From NCBI GenBank assembly GCA_050259635.1, contig JBLNBA010000004.1:267005-331004 (forward strand): a stretch of 64,000 nt of DNA, written 5' to 3'. The notes under the pieces are model-generated. The model was not told where the DNA came from. It saw only the letters and a program-made list of their open reading frames with translations, and did not search any database. The translations under genes and the position numbers were made by a program. Below, in pieces: positions 61,316 through 64,000 of the stretch (the first letter of the stretch is position 1; every line of letters starts with the position of its first letter). The DNA is from Bacillota bacterium (GTDB lineage Bacteria; Patescibacteriota; Patescibacteriia; Patescibacteriales; UBA12465).

Positions 61316-62650
61316 ATGCCTAATAAGCTTAAAAAGCTGGTGCTTTTCGGTGGAGACATTATCGTGCTCCATTTTGCCCTGGCTGCCGCTTTATTCATCC
61401 GTTACCGCCTTATATCCGGTACTTCCGGCATCGCTCCCTATTGGAGCGATCATTGGAAATACTTCCTGGCGGTTTTTGCTATCTTCCTTCTGGTCTTCTA
61501 TATAAATAACCTCTATAGCCTGAGGCAAATGGCCACAGCAGGCTCTTTCGCGCGCCGGACGATGGCCAGTGTCATTGCGGCCTCCCTTATTTCGGTCGTC
61601 TATTTCTATGCCTTCCCGGCAGATATCGCCCCCAAGACTAACCTTGCTCTCTTTGCGATCTCCTCTTTAGCCGGTTTCCTGCTCTGGCGAAGGCTGGCAT
61701 ATTGGCTCACCAATGCCGAGGCTTGGCGCAATAATATCGCCATCATCGGTTACGACCAACGCATAGAATCGCTCGTGGAAGATTTGAAGAGTCGTCCCAG
61801 CCTCGGCTACCATACCGCCCTTATCTTCAAGGATCTTGGGGAGTTAGATTCTCTCAAAACGGGCGTCCTGGAAAAAAACATCCGGACAATCATCCTGGCG
61901 GATGATTTCGGCGCCAACGCCCCCTTACGGGAAACGCTCTTCTCTCTGCTCCGCTACAAGGTTTCTTTCATCTCTTATGAGGACTTCTATGAGCAAGTAA
62001 ACCAGAAGGTGCCGGTGGAGTCTATCAACCAAGGATGGTTCCTGGATAATCTTCAGGAAGGAGATAAGAATTATTTCGATTTCGCCAAAAAGATCTCCGA
62101 TTATATCCTGGCTGCCTTAATGCTCATAATCTCCCTGCCCTTCTGGCCCCTTATCGCCTTCTTTGTTGTTATATCCAGCAAGGGGCCGGTATTCTTTTTC
62201 CAGGATAGAGTGGGAAAGGATGGTGAAACCTTTAGGTTATATAAATTCCGCACCATGACAGTATCCGGAAACGACGGCGGAATGACTAAGGAAAATGACA
62301 AGCGCATCACCCCCATTGGAGGCTTTCTCAGGACTACGAGAATAGATGAGATCCCCCAATTGATCAACATCCTAAGAGGAGAGATGAGCTTCATCGGTCC
62401 TAGGCCAGAAAGGCCAGAGTATTCTACGGAACTTGAAAAACAAGTCCCCTTCTATTCCATGCGCCTGCTCGTTAAACCGGGACTCACCGGCTGGGACCAG
62501 ATTTCCGGCGAATACCACTCCCCTTCCATTGAAGACACTTTGAAGAAATTACAAAACGACCTGTACTACATCAAGCACAGGTCTATATACCTAGACTTTT
62601 CCATCATCCTAAAGACGGTGATGACAGTTCTAATGAGGAAAGGAATATGA
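61316..62650 (+). CDS. Polyprenyl-phosphate glycosyl-1-phosphate transferase (bacterial sugar transferase, WbaP/PssY-like)
   Basis: Start moved to ATG 61316 (MPNKLKKLVLFGGD...). C-terminal domain motifs FKFRTM and DEIPQLINILRGEMSFIGPRPERP. Confidence 0.9.
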   Translation: MPNKLKKLVLFGGDIIVLHFALAAALFIRYRLISGTSGIAPYWSDHWKYFLAVFAIFLLVFYINNLYSLRQMATAGSFARRTMASVIAASLISVVYFYAFPADIAPKTNLALFAISSLAGFLLWRRLAYWLTNAEAWRNNIAIIGYDQRIESLVEDLKSRPSLGYHTALIFKDLGELDSLKTGVLEKNIRTIILADDFGANAPLRETLFSLLRYKVSFISYEDFYEQVNQKVPVESINQGWFLDNLQEGDKNYFDFAKKISDYILAALMLIISLPFWPLIAFFVVISSKGPVFFFQDRVGKDGETFRLYKFRTMTVSGNDGGMTKENDKRITPIGGFLRTTRIDEIPQLINILRGEMSFIGPRPERPEYSTELEKQVPFYSMRLLVKPGLTGWDQISGEYHSPSIEDTLKKLQNDLYYIKHRSIYLDFSIILKTVMTVLMRKGI

Positions 62651-63435
62651 ACGCCACCTGCAAAATATGTCATGAACCCGCAAAACATGCATTTACTCAA
62701 AAAGTGTTAAATAAATATGAAGCAGACTACTATCGCTGCCCCCAATGCGGCTTTTTATTTACTTATCCAACCCCTTGGTTAAACGAGGCATACCAAAAAC
62801 CGATTAATATTTCTGATACAGGTTACTTATCACGCAATATAGGCCTTTCTAGGCGAACCTGGTTATTATTCATCTATCTTTTTACTAAGGATAAAAATTT
62901 CCTGGATTTCGGCGGGGGTTATGGTGTATTAACGAGGCTAATGCGGGATTATGGATTAAATTACTTTTGGCAGGACAAATTTACATCCAATTTATTTGCC
63001 CAAGGCTTCGAACGCAACGGAGAACCTATAGCCGCACTTACTTCATTTGAATGCTTCGAGCATTTTGATAACCCGCTGGAAGAAATCGAAAAAATGATCG
63101 CCATTTGTCCTAATATATTCTTTTCTACGGAATTGATAAGCGAATATTCTACCCCAAAAACTTCCTGGGAATACTTCGGTTTCAGCCATGGCCAACATAT
63201 ATCTTTCTATTCCTTGAATACTCTGAAATACCTGGCAGAAAAATATAATCTTAATTTGTATTCTGACGGGACTCTCAATTTTATTACTGAAAAAAAAATA
63301 AATCCTTTAACCTTCAAAATAATAATGAGATTAGGAGTATTGCCCTGGGATATAATAAGCAAACTATTTTATAAAGGTAAGACCATAGAGGACAGCCGCA
63401 TGCTAATACGAACCAACGATAAAGAGGCTATATGA
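62647..63435 (+). CDS. Class I SAM-dependent methyltransferase with an N-terminal CxxC...CxxC zinc ribbon
   Basis: 262 aa. CKIC...CPQC, then LDFGGGYGVLT (motif I) and FECFEHFDNP. Confidence 0.8.
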   Translation: MNATCKICHEPAKHAFTQKVLNKYEADYYRCPQCGFLFTYPTPWLNEAYQKPINISDTGYLSRNIGLSRRTWLLFIYLFTKDKNFLDFGGGYGVLTRLMRDYGLNYFWQDKFTSNLFAQGFERNGEPIAALTSFECFEHFDNPLEEIEKMIAICPNIFFSTELISEYSTPKTSWEYFGFSHGQHISFYSLNTLKYLAEKYNLNLYSDGTLNFITEKKINPLTFKIIMRLGVLPWDIISKLFYKGKTIEDSRMLIRTNDKEAI

Positions 63436-64000
63436 ACTACCGCCAAATCTTTAAATCCACTTACTTAAATATCATTTTTAGCCTCGTTAGTATTTTTTCT
63501 CTTCCCTTTAAAAGAAAAAATAAAAAGAGAAAATTATTAATCGTAAAGCTTGATGCCATTGGGGATTATATTCTTTTCCGTAATTTCATAAAGTTTATTA
63601 AAGAAACTAAAAAGTACAAAGATTACAAGATAACTTTTGTCGGCAATGCCAGCATCAAAACAATTTGTGAATGGCTAGATGGAAATTACATCGATAAATC
63701 TGTTTGGGTTAATAAGAAAAGATTATTTAAAAATCCTTTTTATTTAATCCGAATACTTCTAAGAATTGGCCTAAATTATGACACCGCGCTCCAACCAACC
63801 ATTTCCCGCGAACTTCTTGGTGATCATCTGGTCAAATTTTCTAATGCCAAAAATAGATTAACTTACGAGGGTGATAATAATAACATCAGGTCTAAGGAAA
63901 AAAGCAGAACCGACAAATGGTATTCTAGGCTTATCCATATAAATGAAGACGTAATCTTTGATTTTAATAAGCATAGGGAATTCTTTGAGGCTATTTCCGG
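63432..64000 (+). CDS. GT9-like (heptosyltransferase-family) glycosyltransferase, N-terminal part; runs off the right edge
   Basis: Not in the ORF track because there is no stop in the window. ATG 63432 overlaps the previous TGA. KRKLLIVKLDAIGDYILFRNFIKFIKE...ITFVGN resembles GT9 N-termini. A 100-nt hand count at 63481-63580 gives only ~30% GC. Confidence 0.55.
   Translation, partial: MNYRQIFKSTYLNIIFSLVSIFSLPFKRKNKKRKLLIVKLDAIGDYILFRNFIKFIKETKKYKDYKITFVGNASIKTICEWLDGNYIDKSVWVNKKRLFKNPFYLIRILLRIGLNYDTALQPTISRELLGDHLVKFSNAKNRLTYEGDNNNIRSKEKSRTDKWYSRLIHINEDVIFDFNKHREFFEAIS

Noticed and set aside
1-64000. tRNA, rRNA, tmRNA, RNase P, CRISPR arrays, IS elements and prophage genes.
   Set aside because: The intergenic regions are all under about 220 nt. 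None shows a cloverleaf-like GC-rich arm pattern or spaced direct repeats. No transposase, integrase or Cas-like ORF is present.

Overview
The window is about 50% GC by hand-counted 100-nt samples. It reads as core chromosome of a small-genome bacterium. Split ribosomal-protein operons, short aminoacyl-tRNA synthetase forms, ComEC, a reduced dcw cluster, few Shine-Dalgarno motifs and many secreted repeat proteins fit a Patescibacteria/CPR-type organism, but that lineage call is inference. The code is standard: RF2 is present and TGA is used as a stop. I annotate 69 CDS. Three are absent from the ORF track: rplC (partial, left edge), rpmJ, and a GT9-like partial at the right edge. I found no rRNA, tRNA, CRISPR, transposase or integrase. 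The minus strand carries the housekeeping backbone: rpsL-rpsG-fusA-X-tuf-rpsJ-rplC; rplM-rpsI, then prfB-comEC; infA-rpmJ-rpsM-rpsK-rpsD-rpoA-rplQ; mraY-ftsW-murG-murC-murB-alaS; mreBCD running into sugar-nucleotide genes; and proS, ruvA, lemA-SPFH-htpX, ileS, secA, nrdAB, hpf, rseP, frr and holB. Apart from a solo rpmB, the plus-strand islands are accessory. They are a glycosylation cluster (22.6-27.5 kb), a three-gene island (49.7-51.3 kb) and an increasingly AT-rich glycan cluster (61.3-64 kb). Most interesting observations: (1) a 1.07-kb single-gene cassette bracketed by a perfect 43-bp direct repeat that is itself a bidirectional terminator; it encodes a signal-peptide, beta-strand-rich, outer-membrane-barrel-like protein behind its own promoter and a structured 5' UTR; (2) a PilB/GspE-type secretion ATPase homolog with Walker A, Walker B and His box all destroyed but the tetracysteine motif kept, translationally coupled to a GT2 glycosyltransferase; (3) RpoA with no alpha-CTD, replaced by an acidic/lysine tail; (4) NrdB with both class Ic hallmarks (Tyr to Phe, Asp to Glu), and nrdAB preceded by a perfect NrdR box; (5) a divergent control region at 61.1 kb with an inverted repeat, a promoter and a leader terminator. 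All function calls rest on motif recognition by eye; no searches were run.
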